Of a stretch of DNA of 64,000 nt, positions 47,943 to 58,027 are shown in pieces. The DNA comes from Candidatus Uhrbacteria bacterium. GTDB lineage: Bacteria > Patescibacteriota > Patescibacteriia > UBA9934 > GWF2-40-263. The stretch spans positions 222,234-286,233 of the forward strand of contig JAHFIQ010000001.1 of NCBI GenBank assembly GCA_023246355.1. The letters run 5' to 3'. A program made the translations under genes and the position numbers. The notes below the pieces were generated by a model that saw only the letters and a list, made by a program, of their open reading frames with translations, was not told the DNA's origin and did not search any database. The first letter of the stretch is position 1; each line of letters starts with the position of its first letter.

Positions 47943-49178
47943 ATGTTCGTCGTCTATCTCATCTTTACCGCAGCTTTTGCTCTGATCGCTTGGCGAGACC
48001 TTCAGCTCGGTCTGCTGCTCATGATCACCCTGCTGCCAAGCTATCTTCTGCGCACAGAAATTTTCGGTCTGCCAACAACTCTGCTGGAAATGCTGCTCGT
48101 CGCGTTTGTGACCATATGGTGCATAAGACGTCGCCCACATGTCTTTTCTTTTTTTGCTCTTCCCCGTTCACTTGCCCTCCCAATCTTCCTCCTTGTGCTT
48201 GCCTCCTTTATTTCTCTTTTCATTGCTCCTGATCTCGCCTCTGCACTGGGAATCTGGAAAGCCTACTTCCTAGAACCAATGCTTTTATTCTTCATCATCC
48301 GATTTGAACACATCGACGCATCTCGTATCTTCAAAGCTCTGGGCATCACCGCTCTCTTTCTCTCCCTTGTCGCCATCCTCCAGTGGCTCACAGGTCAGGG
48401 CATCCCAATCCCTTGGGATATTGAAGGCCGCGTGACAAGTGTGTTTGAGTATCCAAATGCCCTCGGGTTATTTTTAGGGCCGATTGTTATCATCGGCGCC
48501 CTGTCGTGGAGACAAGATAAAAAATTCTGGATCACGACGATCCTCCTCTCTGCGATTGCCATCGTCCTAGCACAATCTGAGGCCGCAGTCGTGGCTGTGC
48601 TTGCGACACTCGTGATCGCTGGACTTTCAAACAAACAAACGCGCAACAAAACGCTCCTTGCCGTGCTTACCGCGATCCTCTTGATCACTCTTTCACCCTG
48701 GCGCGGATTCGTGATGGAAAAACTCACGCTCCAAGACTATTCAGGCCAAGTGCGTCTGACTCAATGGAGTGAGACTGTGGAGATGCTGAAAGATCACTGG
48801 CTTTTCGGCGCTGGCCTCTCAGGATATCCAACCGTGTTTGAGCCTTATCACCAAGCCACCCATATTGAAATCTTTCAGTACCCGCACAACATCATCCTGA
48901 ATATCTGGGTAGAATTGGGACTGCTGGGAGTTATTGCATTCATACTTCTTGCGTACCAAGCCATACTCGAATTCTGGCGCAGGCTGAAGCCTGCGGCTAC
49001 CACCTCTTCCACCTTGGCCACCTTTGCATCCCTATTCGCCCTCCTGGAAATCACCATCCACGGTCTGGTCGACGTCCCGTACTTCAAAAACGACCTCGCG
49101 ATTCTGACGTGGATTTTGTTGGCCATTATTTTTTCAGACAAGGAAAAAAATAAAAGATCAACTCCCTATGAGACCTGA
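47943..49178 (+). CDS. O-antigen-ligase-like (Wzy_C) membrane protein with an in-frame REP insertion
   Basis: Polytopic membrane protein; REP copy 5 at 48977..49001 encodes ..RRLKPAAT.. Confidence 0.5.
   Translation: MFVVYLIFTAAFALIAWRDLQLGLLLMITLLPSYLLRTEIFGLPTTLLEMLLVAFVTIWCIRRRPHVFSFFALPRSLALPIFLLVLASFISLFIAPDLASALGIWKAYFLEPMLLFFIIRFEHIDASRIFKALGITALFLSLVAILQWLTGQGIPIPWDIEGRVTSVFEYPNALGLFLGPIVIIGALSWRQDKKFWITTILLSAIAIVLAQSEAAVVAVLATLVIAGLSNKQTRNKTLLAVLTAILLITLSPWRGFVMEKLTLQDYSGQVRLTQWSETVEMLKDHWLFGAGLSGYPTVFEPYHQATHIEIFQYPHNIILNIWVELGLLGVIAFILLAYQAILEFWRRLKPAATTSSTLATFASLFALLEITIHGLVDVPYFKNDLAILTWILLAIIFSDKEKNKRSTPYET
48977..49001 (+). repeat. REP element copy 5 (inside a CDS)
   Basis: GCGCAGGCTGAAGCCTGCGGCTACC. 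Confidence 0.75.
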
Positions 49179-49953
49179 AACACCGAGCCAGTACCTTGAA
49201 AAACACCTAAGCCAAGAAATGGATGAACAATCTGTGACGAATGCCATCAGACGTCTTGAGGTTCCTTTTGGAGAAGCTACATACGAAGGGGAAAGTAAGA
49301 TCGAAGTAAAAAAGGAACCGTTCATGGTCACATTAGAGTACACAGAGATTCGGCCAGATAATCCTGTGCTCGACAAAACACGAGATACTCACGTCGTGCT
49401 CTATCGCGTCGATGAACTCACAATCAACCGCACTGATGTGGGAACGTTAAGTATTTCTGCCTTTGTGCCAGAGGGCTGGCATGTCTACTTCGACCCGAGC
49501 GAGACAGAGGAAACAAGTTACGCAGATCTCCATGAAAAAATGATCGTCTTGCGTCGCGATCCACTCCAACCTATCGGTCTTCTTACACTGCTTCACGAAA
49601 TTGGGCACACCTACGAATCTGAAATGCCAAAAGAATTCACACAGGAGACATTCGAAAACCGAAATACATTTGACCAAACCGATCTCGCCGCAAAGCTCCA
49701 GTCAGAACGCGATGCATGGGCCTTTGCGTTTAAAAAAATCAGGCCATTCCTTGATGCATCACCCACAAACGGATTCTCTATTCAACGACAGGATGCGCTC
49801 GTGTACGCAAAAAAATATGCCTTGCAGTCCTACGACATCTGGGTTCGGTCTCAACAAAGTGAACGACGCACCATGACGGACTTCGCAAAGGACTACTATG
49901 ATTTGGATCAACCTGACTGGTGGGATCTTGAAGTTGAAGAAGAAAAAACGTAA
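49168..49953 (+). CDS. hypothetical protein with HEIGH zincin-like motif (possible ImmA/IrrE-type metallopeptidase)
   Basis: LLTLLHEIGHTYE contains HExxH; no other recognisable domain. Confidence 0.35.
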   Translation: MRPETPSQYLEKHLSQEMDEQSVTNAIRRLEVPFGEATYEGESKIEVKKEPFMVTLEYTEIRPDNPVLDKTRDTHVVLYRVDELTINRTDVGTLSISAFVPEGWHVYFDPSETEETSYADLHEKMIVLRRDPLQPIGLLTLLHEIGHTYESEMPKEFTQETFENRNTFDQTDLAAKLQSERDAWAFAFKKIRPFLDASPTNGFSIQRQDALVYAKKYALQSYDIWVRSQQSERRTMTDFAKDYYDLDQPDWWDLEVEEEKT

Positions 49954-50001
49954 CTCGTTTTTTTGACGCATCTGACAACGTTGGGGTAACCTTCATGTAC
50001 T

Positions 50002-50256
50002 ATGTGGAATACAAAACCTACACTTTCCAATGGACAAAATCTACGTGGTCGTACTGTGCGCGCTCGACAACTTGCCGATGGACACTTTGAATTCTTGGAG
50101 CCGGTTCAACTTGTTGAATCTGAGTTCGAGGTAACGATCGTAGAAAAACCAGTCCTTGAAAAAAAACGCACTGGTACAAGTGCCCTCCCACCTGCATGGA
50201 ACATGGGCGTGCTGGATCCGCTCCATCGAGAAGACATCTATGAGGACAACATCTGA
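50002..50256 (+). CDS. VapB-like antitoxin
   Basis: Small ORF overlapping the PIN toxin start. Confidence 0.45.
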   Translation: MWNTKPTLSNGQNLRGRTVRARQLADGHFEFLEPVQLVESEFEVTIVEKPVLEKKRTGTSALPPAWNMGVLDPLHREDIYEDNI

Positions 50257-50683
50257 ACGTGGAATTATTGACACGAATGTACTCGTAGCAGCCTTTGATG
50301 CAGCGTCTCCTGAGCATCTCGCGTGCCGTCGCCTCGTGGAAGACGCTGAGGCTGGTCGAGTTCAGGCGTGTCTCGCTCCGATGGTTCTTTTCGAATTCAT
50401 GGCCGTCGTAACAAACACGAAACGAGTTCGGACAGCTCGCTCCCCGGTCGAAGCAGCCGCCTTAATCGAAAAAATCAGCCACGCCATCCCAATGATCCAT
50501 CCACCGCATGATATTCATTTTCGAGTTTCCAAATTGTACCGCGATGTTCCTCATTTTAGTGGTAAACAAGTATTTGATCTCGTCCTCGCAATAACAGCCC
50601 TCACAAACGGTGTCACGGGTATCTACACATATAACGACAAGGACTTCCTTGCTGTTCCTGGCCTAGAAGTGCTGACTCCGTAG
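50243..50683 (+). CDS. vapC: PIN-domain VapC toxin
   Basis: IIDTNVLV...TNTKRV...TYNDKDF acidic PIN residues. Confidence 0.65.
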   Translation, partial: RTTSERGIIDTNVLVAAFDAASPEHLACRRLVEDAEAGRVQACLAPMVLFEFMAVVTNTKRVRTARSPVEAAALIEKISHAIPMIHPPHDIHFRVSKLYRDVPHFSGKQVFDLVLAITALTNGVTGIYTYNDKDFLAVPGLEVLTP

Positions 50684-50749
50684 CCACCAAATTCCAGCTC
50701 CAACAACGGCTGGTTTTTTGGTAGATCGCCATCCAAATTTTCTCCATCT

Positions 50750-51379
50750 ATGCTCCTCACGCGTCTCCTGCGCAGAAAAAAATCGAATGAGCCACGGACA
50801 GAGCACACGCGTTGGGTCCTGTTTCTTGTGATTGCGATTTTAGCGAGCACCGTTATCTTGAAACTAATAGACACAACGATAGCCCCTGCCCGTTCGCTCC
50901 TCGCCACGGCTCCTGGTCTTGTCGTGCTCTCAACCCTGGACCAACTCGGCGACACCTCGAGTCTTGCCATCACGCCGCCTACAGAAACAGTTGGTGGAGA
51001 GCTCTACGTCATTGGACTCTATAAGGAAATCAACAACGTCTTTCCAACCGGCACGGTCTCACTTGTGTATGTGAAAGATGGTTGGCGGACACTGGAAGTT
51101 GATTATCTACCAAATCGCACGCTACAGGACCAACTCGCCATGCTTTCTCTGTATCCCAGAGAGGAAGTCACGCTCAGCGAAACAACCTCTGCAACGATCC
51201 TAACACGTGACGACTCACCCAGATGCATCGACTACAATGATGGCCTCCCAAACAAATGTGAGATCACGCATCAGCTGCTCTTTGAAAACGAAGGCCTGCT
51301 TATTTCTCTCTCAAGCGACGGGGATCATGTGACGGTAGGTGAGCTGATTGAGATTGCAAAATCTTTCGCTGACCGGTAG
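50750..51379 (+). CDS. membrane-anchored hypothetical protein
   Basis: N-terminal TM segment; no motifs recognised. Confidence 0.35.
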   Translation: MLLTRLLRRKKSNEPRTEHTRWVLFLVIAILASTVILKLIDTTIAPARSLLATAPGLVVLSTLDQLGDTSSLAITPPTETVGGELYVIGLYKEINNVFPTGTVSLVYVKDGWRTLEVDYLPNRTLQDQLAMLSLYPREEVTLSETTSATILTRDDSPRCIDYNDGLPNKCEITHQLLFENEGLLISLSSDGDHVTVGELIEIAKSFADR

Positions 51380-51390
51380 TCTCTCTGCAA

Positions 51391-51479
51391 TGGAGAGGTC
51401 GCATAGTTGGTCTAGTGCGCGCGACTCGAAATCGCGTAACCCGCAAGGGTTCGAGGGTTCGAATCCCTCCCTCTCCGCC
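51391..51479 (+). tRNA. tRNA-Ser (anticodon CGA)
   Basis: Long variable arm; anticodon loop cTCGAAa; CCA encoded. Confidence 0.8.
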
Positions 51480-51635
51480 AATCCATTGAAGCCAACTGCT
51501 TGGCTTCAATGGATTGGTCACAGACAGAAAGAAGGGATTCGAACGCCGGAGCCATGCCACGCCGACTGTGTCGGGAGGCGTGGCGGCGAGGCGGTGGCCA
51601 GGCCGAGGAGGCGGAAGCCGACGAGAGCCGCGGCC

Positions 51636-51656
51636 GAATCCCTCCCTCTCCGCCAA
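51636..51656 (+). repeat. 21-bp direct repeat of the tRNA-Ser 3' end (GAATCCCTCCCTCTCCGCCAA)
   Basis: Identical to 51460..51480; the intervening 155 bp is GC-rich and begins with a perfect 13-bp-stem hairpin at 51481..51512. Confidence 0.7.
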
Positions 51657-51661
51657 GGTTT

Positions 51662-52384
51662 ATGGAAGTTCTCTTCATCTCACTCATCACCTTCATCGCG
51701 GCTACCGTTGGAACAACTACGGGTTTTGGGACTTCGACCCTGATGATTCCGATACTCGTGATGTTTTTGCCTCCAATTGAAACGATTTTTTTAGTGGCAA
51801 TCATTCACTGGTTTGGGGACATCTGGAAAATCGTCCTCTTTCGTTCTGGATTCCACCTCCGTTTACTTTTGCTCTTTGGTCTGGTTGGTCTCGCAACGAG
51901 TTATGTAGGAGCGTCTCTCACACTGGGAGTGAACGAACCACTTTTTTTGCGCCTGCTTGGTCTGTTTGTTGCAGGCTATGCCCTCTTTTTAGTTTTTCAA
52001 CCGAAATGGAAAGTCCCAGCTGGGGATCTTACAGCCGTAACTGGTGGAGCCTTATCAGGATTTTTTGCTGGATTGTTCGGTATTGGAGGAGCTATCCGCA
52101 GTTTATTTCTGACGATTTTTGACTTACCAAAAGCGATGTATCTCGCCACCGCCGGAGCCATTGGACTTCTCGTTGATTCAACCCGTATCATCACCTACTT
52201 CACTGAGGGAGTGACTCTCCCAAACAGGCTCTGGTGGGGACTCTTCCTGTTTATTCCCATTTCGTTTGTCGGCGCGCAAACCGCAAAAAAAATTGTGGAC
52301 AAAATTCCACAACCCATGTTCCGTGCGGTTGTTGCGTTCTTGCTTTTCGTCATCGGATTAAAACTCCTCTTGTTTCCATCGTGA
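51662..52384 (+). CDS. TauE/SafE-family (DUF81) sulfite/anion exporter
   Basis: Eight TM helices with GxGGG repeats. Confidence 0.6.
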   Translation: MEVLFISLITFIAATVGTTTGFGTSTLMIPILVMFLPPIETIFLVAIIHWFGDIWKIVLFRSGFHLRLLLLFGLVGLATSYVGASLTLGVNEPLFLRLLGLFVAGYALFLVFQPKWKVPAGDLTAVTGGALSGFFAGLFGIGGAIRSLFLTIFDLPKAMYLATAGAIGLLVDSTRIITYFTEGVTLPNRLWWGLFLFIPISFVGAQTAKKIVDKIPQPMFRAVVAFLLFVIGLKLLLFPS

Positions 52385-52444
52385 GTGCAATCTCTGGAAT
52401 CCTCAATACCTCTGAAGGCGAAAAACCGCTACAATGGTTCCCGT

Positions 52445-52996
52445 ATGAACCATTCAACCATCTACGCAGATGACGACAAGGAACCAGTATCGCTCTTGCT
52501 GCGGCTTAGAATGCCCTCTCTGCTGCTTGGACTTGTGCTTGGCATGGGCACCTCGTTTCTCACCTCCCGATTTGAAGAGGTGATCGCTGCAAATGTTCAC
52601 ACCGCGTTTTTCATTCCCTTTGTGGTCTACATCGCCGATGCGATCGGCACACAAACGCAAACCATCTATGCCCGTGACCTGAAGTCAGGCCACGCAAAAT
52701 TTAAAGCGTACCTCTTGAAAGAATCCGCCCTGGGTCTCATCCTTGGTTTGTTGTTTGGAGCTTCTTCCTTCGCGATCATCACCCTGTGGCTTCACGACAA
52801 CCTTCTGGCAATGAGTGTTGGCATCTCCGTTGTGTGTGTGATTATGACCGCGCCGCTCATTGCCCTGCTTGTCACACGATTTTTGAATGATCTTCACGAA
52901 GACCCGGCCGTTGGGTCAGGTCCCATTGCGACCGTGATCCAAGACGCGATCAGCATTCTGATCTACGGGAGCATCTTGAGTTTCTTCATTTTATGA
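52445..52996 (+). CDS. MgtE-family divalent cation transporter membrane domain
   Basis: PF01769-like TM pattern (IADAIGTQTQTI). Confidence 0.45.
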   Translation: MNHSTIYADDDKEPVSLLLRLRMPSLLLGLVLGMGTSFLTSRFEEVIAANVHTAFFIPFVVYIADAIGTQTQTIYARDLKSGHAKFKAYLLKESALGLILGLLFGASSFAIITLWLHDNLLAMSVGISVVCVIMTAPLIALLVTRFLNDLHEDPAVGSGPIATVIQDAISILIYGSILSFFIL

Positions 52997-53056
52997 GCGC
53001 ACGGCTTTTCGTGTTCGGCCTCATCTTTTTTGTTCTTCTGCTGATCATCGCCGTCT

Positions 53057-54040
53057 ATGCTTCCAAGGAATAGCGCCCTGTGTCTGTTACTGCTCTTGGG
53101 ACTTGGCTGCACACAGACACCTGCGATCACCATCACAGCTACCACGCTTCCCGAGTATCAAGAACAACTCTCAGCTCTCGTTCAATCGGATGATCCTTCT
53201 ATTGCTCTTCAAACCCTTGCCGCTCTCATGGAAACAGACAGCTTTGCTCTCAACAACTGTCATGAAATTTTGCACGAGATAGGCGAAGCCGCGCTCAACA
53301 AGTATGGTTTTGTTGAAGCCCTAAGCTATCAAGATGATCTGTGCAACTCAGGCTTCGTCCATGGCGTGATCGAAGCGTATTTTAAAGAGGCACAGGACAT
53401 CACGGTCTCCATGCAAGAAGTTTGTGTAGGACTTCCGGAGCCATCGCTCAGTGCTTGGGAGTGCTATCACGGCACAGGCCATGGATTTATGCTCGCCACA
53501 GGAACGGATCTTGATGCATCTCTTGCTCTGTGCGGCGAGCACAAAAATACCTTTGAACAAAAGGCCTGCGTGAACGGCGTGTTCATGGAAGTCTTCACAC
53601 TCGATGATGTGTCACGTGCGTATTATCTCCCGGCTTCTGCTGATGCTCTTACATTCTGTGGAGGAATAACCAGCGGACGCACGGATTGCTTTACCTATGC
53701 AGGAACGTTGTACCTCAAAGAGCATCCAGACGACTTTGAAGGACTGATCGCTTGGTGCTCGGGCGCAACAGATACGGATAGAGCGCACTGCATTGCTGGA
53801 GCCGGAAGTGAAATGATGAAACGATCCATGGACAACCCAGAGCGTGTGGAGACTTCCTGTCTAAACGCCGAAGAAAATCTTGTGCCTGAATGTCTCATGG
53901 GAGCGGTCACGCAAGCCGTCTTTCACACAGGAAATTCAGCTGAAGTGAAATCAACCGTCTGTCGCGCATGGAGTTCAGAAAACAAAAAAGGTTGCTCTCG
54001 TGCCGTCGAGTTGATTGCCGATCGCTATCAAATCGAATAG
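53057..54040 (+). CDS. Cys-rich lipoprotein, hypothetical
   Basis: Lipobox LLGLGC; many conserved Cys residues. Confidence 0.4.
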   Translation: MLPRNSALCLLLLLGLGCTQTPAITITATTLPEYQEQLSALVQSDDPSIALQTLAALMETDSFALNNCHEILHEIGEAALNKYGFVEALSYQDDLCNSGFVHGVIEAYFKEAQDITVSMQEVCVGLPEPSLSAWECYHGTGHGFMLATGTDLDASLALCGEHKNTFEQKACVNGVFMEVFTLDDVSRAYYLPASADALTFCGGITSGRTDCFTYAGTLYLKEHPDDFEGLIAWCSGATDTDRAHCIAGAGSEMMKRSMDNPERVETSCLNAEENLVPECLMGAVTQAVFHTGNSAEVKSTVCRAWSSENKKGCSRAVELIADRYQIE

Positions 54041-54053
54041 AATGAAGGTACCT

Positions 54054-54917
54054 ATGAAGATTCGAAAAGCGATTATTCCCGTGGCCGGCATGGGCACGCG
54101 GTTTCTCCCTGCCTCCAAGGCCCAACCCAAAGAAATGCTCGCGGTCGTGGACAAGCCCATCATCCAGTACATTGTGGAAGAAGCCGTGGCAAGCGGGATC
54201 GAAGAAATCATTTTTGTGACCTCCATTGGCAAGCGCGCCATAGAAGATCACTTTGATCGCAACTTCGAGCTTGAATATCGCTTGGAGCAAAAGAAAAAAA
54301 TGAAGGAACTCGACCAAGTGAAAGCCGTGGGCAAGCTCGCGAAGTTTGCCTTCGTCCGCCAGTCCAAACCTTTGGGTGATTGTCATGCCGTGCTCTCAGC
54401 TCTTCCCTTCATCGATGCCCATGAACCCGTTGCTGTTCTCTTTGGCGATGACATCATCGACGGAAAAATTCCTGCCCTGCGACAACTCATGGACGTGTAT
54501 GAAAAATACGGCGACCCGGTGGTCTCTCTGCACAAAGTCCCGAAAAAAATGGTACCGAGTTTCGGAGTGGTTGATGGAAAACGCTTGGACAAAAAAACCT
54601 GGGAGATCAGTCGGTTTGTTGAAAAGCCAACGCTCGCGCAAGCTCCGTCAGACTTGGTCGTGATCGGCCGATATATTCTCACACCAGAGGTTATGGCGCT
54701 CCTCACAAAAACCAAGCCAGGCCCAGACGGAGAAATTCGCCTCGCCGGCGCCTTCGAAGATTTGCTCGCACAAAAGAAGGCTCTCTACGGATGCATCTTT
54801 GAAGGCACCTGGTACAACTGTGGAAATAAATTTGGATTTTTGAAAGCGCAAATTGAACTTGGGCTCAAGCACCCAGAAACAGGAAAAGAGCTCAGACGCT
54901 ATCTTGCAACCGTATGA
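54054..54917 (+). CDS. galU: UTP--glucose-1-phosphate uridylyltransferase
   Basis: KAIIPVAGMGTRFLPASKAQPKEML N-terminal signature. Confidence 0.85.
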   Translation: MKIRKAIIPVAGMGTRFLPASKAQPKEMLAVVDKPIIQYIVEEAVASGIEEIIFVTSIGKRAIEDHFDRNFELEYRLEQKKKMKELDQVKAVGKLAKFAFVRQSKPLGDCHAVLSALPFIDAHEPVAVLFGDDIIDGKIPALRQLMDVYEKYGDPVVSLHKVPKKMVPSFGVVDGKRLDKKTWEISRFVEKPTLAQAPSDLVVIGRYILTPEVMALLTKTKPGPDGEIRLAGAFEDLLAQKKALYGCIFEGTWYNCGNKFGFLKAQIELGLKHPETGKELRRYLATV

Positions 54918-56284
54918 AAAATTTTTGGAGGTCCGTCATGGTGCTCATGCTCCCCGCTCTCATCTTGAGTGGCTGTGGAGGTTCAAGCGCAGCTCAGACG
55001 CTTGCTAGCAAACCTGTCACGATTACGATTTGGCGCGTGTTTGACGACAGCGATACGTTTCAAAGTCTCATGAGCGCCTACCAGGCCATCCACCCAAATA
55101 TTTCTTTTTCGTACAAAGAGCTTCGTTATGATGAATACGAAGATGAACTGATTCGCGCATTTGCTGAAGGCAAGGGTCCAGATATTTTTTCCCTGCACAA
55201 TACCTGGATTGGCGAATACGAAAGTTTGATCAAACCCTTGCCAAAATCTCTCTCCATTGCCTACGCTGAAACACGCGGCACGATCAAAAAAGAAACCGTT
55301 TACACAATAGAAGAAGAACCAACCATGTCTGAAAGGACCCTCAAGGCAGACTTCGTCGACGTGGTTGCCCAAGATGTCCTAAGGTCCTACAAAGCGAATG
55401 CAAAATCTGAATCTGAAGATCGCATATTCGCCTTGCCCCTTTCGATGGACACGCTGGCACTCTACTACAACAAGGATTTGCTGGACGCCGCTGGAATCGC
55501 AGAACCCCCTTCCACCTGGACCGAATTTCAAGACGACGTGACGCTGCTTACCAAAATCGGGAGCAACGACCAAATTCTCCAGGCCGGTGCGGCCATGGGA
55601 ACATCCCAAAACGTTGAACGCGCGTTTGATTTGGTCTCCCTGCTCATGATGCAAAACGGCACAGCCATGACCGACTCGCGTGACCGTCCGACCTTTGCCA
55701 ATGAAACAGACGCGGGATTTTTGGCTGGCGAGGCTGTACGTTTTTACACAGACTTCGCCAATCCTCTGAAAGCTGTCTACACCTGGAACGCACAGCAACC
55801 AAATTCGTTTGATGCGTTTGTGAACGGCAACTCCGCCTTTTTCTTTGGCTACTCCTACCACAACGCTTTCATCAAAACCGCCAACAGCAAACTTGATTTT
55901 GGCATTGCACCGATTCCGCAAATTGACGGAGGGAAAACCGTCAACTACGCCAACTACTGGGTGGAGACAGTGGCCAAATCAAGTGACGCTGGAGATTGGG
56001 CCTGGGACTTTGTGCAGTTTGCGGCACAGGAAGACAACGTCGACAGCTACTTAGAAGCCGCGAACAAACCCACGGCTCTGCGTGGCCTCCTTTCGACTCA
56101 ACTCGAAGACGAGGTCCTTTCTGTGTTTGCTGGTCAGGCACTCACAGCGGATTCGTGGTACAAAGGAAGCGACGCACAAGTCGCTGAAGATGCGTTCCTA
56201 GATCTCATTGATGCGATTCTTGCTGGCGACGAACAAGAAACAGCTCTCAAAGAAGCTCAGAACAAAGTGAGCCAAACGCTATGA
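54914..56284 (+). CDS. ABC transporter extracellular solute-binding lipoprotein (family 1, sugar-type)
   Basis: Lipobox LILSGCGG; SBP_bac_1-like length and pattern. Confidence 0.6.
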   Translation: MKNFWRSVMVLMLPALILSGCGGSSAAQTLASKPVTITIWRVFDDSDTFQSLMSAYQAIHPNISFSYKELRYDEYEDELIRAFAEGKGPDIFSLHNTWIGEYESLIKPLPKSLSIAYAETRGTIKKETVYTIEEEPTMSERTLKADFVDVVAQDVLRSYKANAKSESEDRIFALPLSMDTLALYYNKDLLDAAGIAEPPSTWTEFQDDVTLLTKIGSNDQILQAGAAMGTSQNVERAFDLVSLLMMQNGTAMTDSRDRPTFANETDAGFLAGEAVRFYTDFANPLKAVYTWNAQQPNSFDAFVNGNSAFFFGYSYHNAFIKTANSKLDFGIAPIPQIDGGKTVNYANYWVETVAKSSDAGDWAWDFVQFAAQEDNVDSYLEAANKPTALRGLLSTQLEDEVLSVFAGQALTADSWYKGSDAQVAEDAFLDLIDAILAGDEQETALKEAQNKVSQTL

Positions 56285-57024
56285 TGAATTTTTCTCGTCA
56301 TTTCAAAATGGGCTTCCTCGCGTTGCTTGGAATGACGCTAGCCTTAATGCCCTTCCCTGTCTTTGCCTACTCCTCAAATATCTGCACGGCTGGCAGCACT
56401 TGTGGAGCGAACGAAGTTGGTGTGTTCATGCAAGGCATTTCACTGGCCTGTGGCAACACCGGAGACTGTACGCTCAATGACATCATGCTGGTGTTTGTGA
56501 ACACCGGAAACTATGTCGTGGGTCTCATCGGTGGGATTGTGCTTCTCATGTACATCATTGGCGGCGTGTATTTCCTCACCTCAGCCGGAAACCCAGAACG
56601 CGTCAAAGAAGGAAAAAAATATCTCAGCATCTCCACAATCGGACTGCTCATTGTGATGTTTAGCTACCTTGGAATCTACGCACTAAAAGGCGTTCTTCAG
56701 GGAGGAACCTTCTCCGTGAGTGGTGACTATGTCGCCTGCACAGGGACCGACGCAAATGAAGGAGCTGCTTGCGATCTCAACAGCACTTGCGTGGAGGGAA
56801 TCTGTCTGAGTCAATGCGAACAAAATCACGCTGACAGTTACTCATATAGCTCCTCAACTGGCATCGCAAGTTTTTATACTTGTGTCGATAAAGATCACAC
56901 CGCAACGTCTCAATCAGAAAGTACGGATGGAACCTGGTACACAGGATCCTGCCAAACCAATCTCTGTCCAGGAGGGACAGGTACACAATGCTGCCTACTA
57001 AATAGAGTACAAAGCTCAGAGTAA
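56281..57024 (+). CDS. T4SS-pilin-like (TrbC/VirB2-like, PF18895-type) protein 1, with extra Cys-rich C-terminal extension
   Basis: Signal peptide plus the conserved two-TM core GGVYFLTSAGNPERVKEGKKYL..IGLLIVMFSY. Confidence 0.55.
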   Translation: MMNFSRHFKMGFLALLGMTLALMPFPVFAYSSNICTAGSTCGANEVGVFMQGISLACGNTGDCTLNDIMLVFVNTGNYVVGLIGGIVLLMYIIGGVYFLTSAGNPERVKEGKKYLSISTIGLLIVMFSYLGIYALKGVLQGGTFSVSGDYVACTGTDANEGAACDLNSTCVEGICLSQCEQNHADSYSYSSSTGIASFYTCVDKDHTATSQSESTDGTWYTGSCQTNLCPGGTGTQCCLLNRVQSSE

Positions 57025-57028
57025 TTTT

Positions 57029-57364
57029 ATGCAACGTTTTCTCATCATCTCCCTCGGTGCACTCTTGGCTTCACTCCCTCGTCTAAGCCACGCAGCCGCG
57101 CTCACGAACCCGCTTGGGACAACCGACCTCACGGTGATTATCGCCCGTCTTATCCAAGCCATCCTTGGCATCACTGGCGCGATTGCGCTTCTCATGTTCA
57201 TCTGGGGTGGATTCCAGTGGCTGATCTCTGCTGGATCTCCTGAGAAAGTAAAAAAAGGGAAAGAGACACTGACTTGGGCTGTAATCGGCTTGGCTGTCAT
57301 TGTTGGCGCCTACATGTTGGTCTCGGCTGTTGTGTCCGCCCTTGAATCCGGAACCCTTGCCTAA
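57029..57364 (+). CDS. T4SS-pilin-like protein 2
   Basis: WGGFQWLISAGSPEKVKKGKETL..IGLAVIVGAYM. Confidence 0.55.
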   Translation: MQRFLIISLGALLASLPRLSHAAALTNPLGTTDLTVIIARLIQAILGITGAIALLMFIWGGFQWLISAGSPEKVKKGKETLTWAVIGLAVIVGAYMLVSAVVSALESGTLA

Positions 57365-57493
57365 AACCTACTCCCTACAACCTACCCCCTTCCTGTGTGG
57401 ATATCTTTATTCGTTCAAATCCCCAAAAAGCTTTAGAATAATAGCAACCTAGTTTTTAACTTTTAAGCATTTCCTCTAAAGGAGGTGAAGCCT

Positions 57494-57952
57494 ATGTACA
57501 ACCTTGTTTCAAAAAAGCACATTGGATATTTCCTCGGTGCTGTTCTGGCTCTTTCGTTTGGTGCCATTGCCCTCATGGGTGTGCATCCTGTAGCAGCTCA
57601 AGATTCTGACTCTGCTCTTACAGCTGATGAACTCTTTGGCGGATCAACTGGTGATTCATTCGCTGCTTCCGCTGGTCTTGGTGACGCAAATTTGGTGGAC
57701 TCCATTGCGTCCATCATTCGTATCGCCTTAGGATTTCTGGGAGTCATCGCCGTGGTGATCATCTTGCTTGGTGGATTCAAGTGGATGACGGCCGGTGGCA
57801 ACGATGAAAAAGTAAAAGGTGCCAAAAAATTGATCTTCTCAGGTATCATTGGTTTGGTGATTGTCATCGCAGCTTACGCCATCGCGAGCTTTGTCATCGA
57901 TTCGATCATTTCTGCCACAAGCGACTCTTCTTCTTCCTCAAGTTCAGAATAA
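57494..57952 (+). CDS. T4SS-pilin-like protein 3
   Basis: GGFKWMTAGGNDEKVKGAKKL..IGLVIVIAAYAIASFVI; GGAGGTG SD 6 nt upstream. Confidence 0.55.
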   Translation: MYNLVSKKHIGYFLGAVLALSFGAIALMGVHPVAAQDSDSALTADELFGGSTGDSFAASAGLGDANLVDSIASIIRIALGFLGVIAVVIILLGGFKWMTAGGNDEKVKGAKKLIFSGIIGLVIVIAAYAIASFVIDSIISATSDSSSSSSSE

Positions 57953-58027
57953 ATCCTGTCCCCTATCCTCTGGATGGGGGCCTGCCCAGTGTCGCCACTT
58001 TGTTGTGACCCTGGGTGAGCCTCTTCT

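Noticed and set aside
51300-51661. ORFs spanning tRNA-Ser and its repeat region (51300..51656, 51348..51743, 51412..51804, the 5' part of 51500..52384)
   Set aside because: They overlap the tRNA and the GC-rich att-like remnant. TauE most plausibly starts at 51662.
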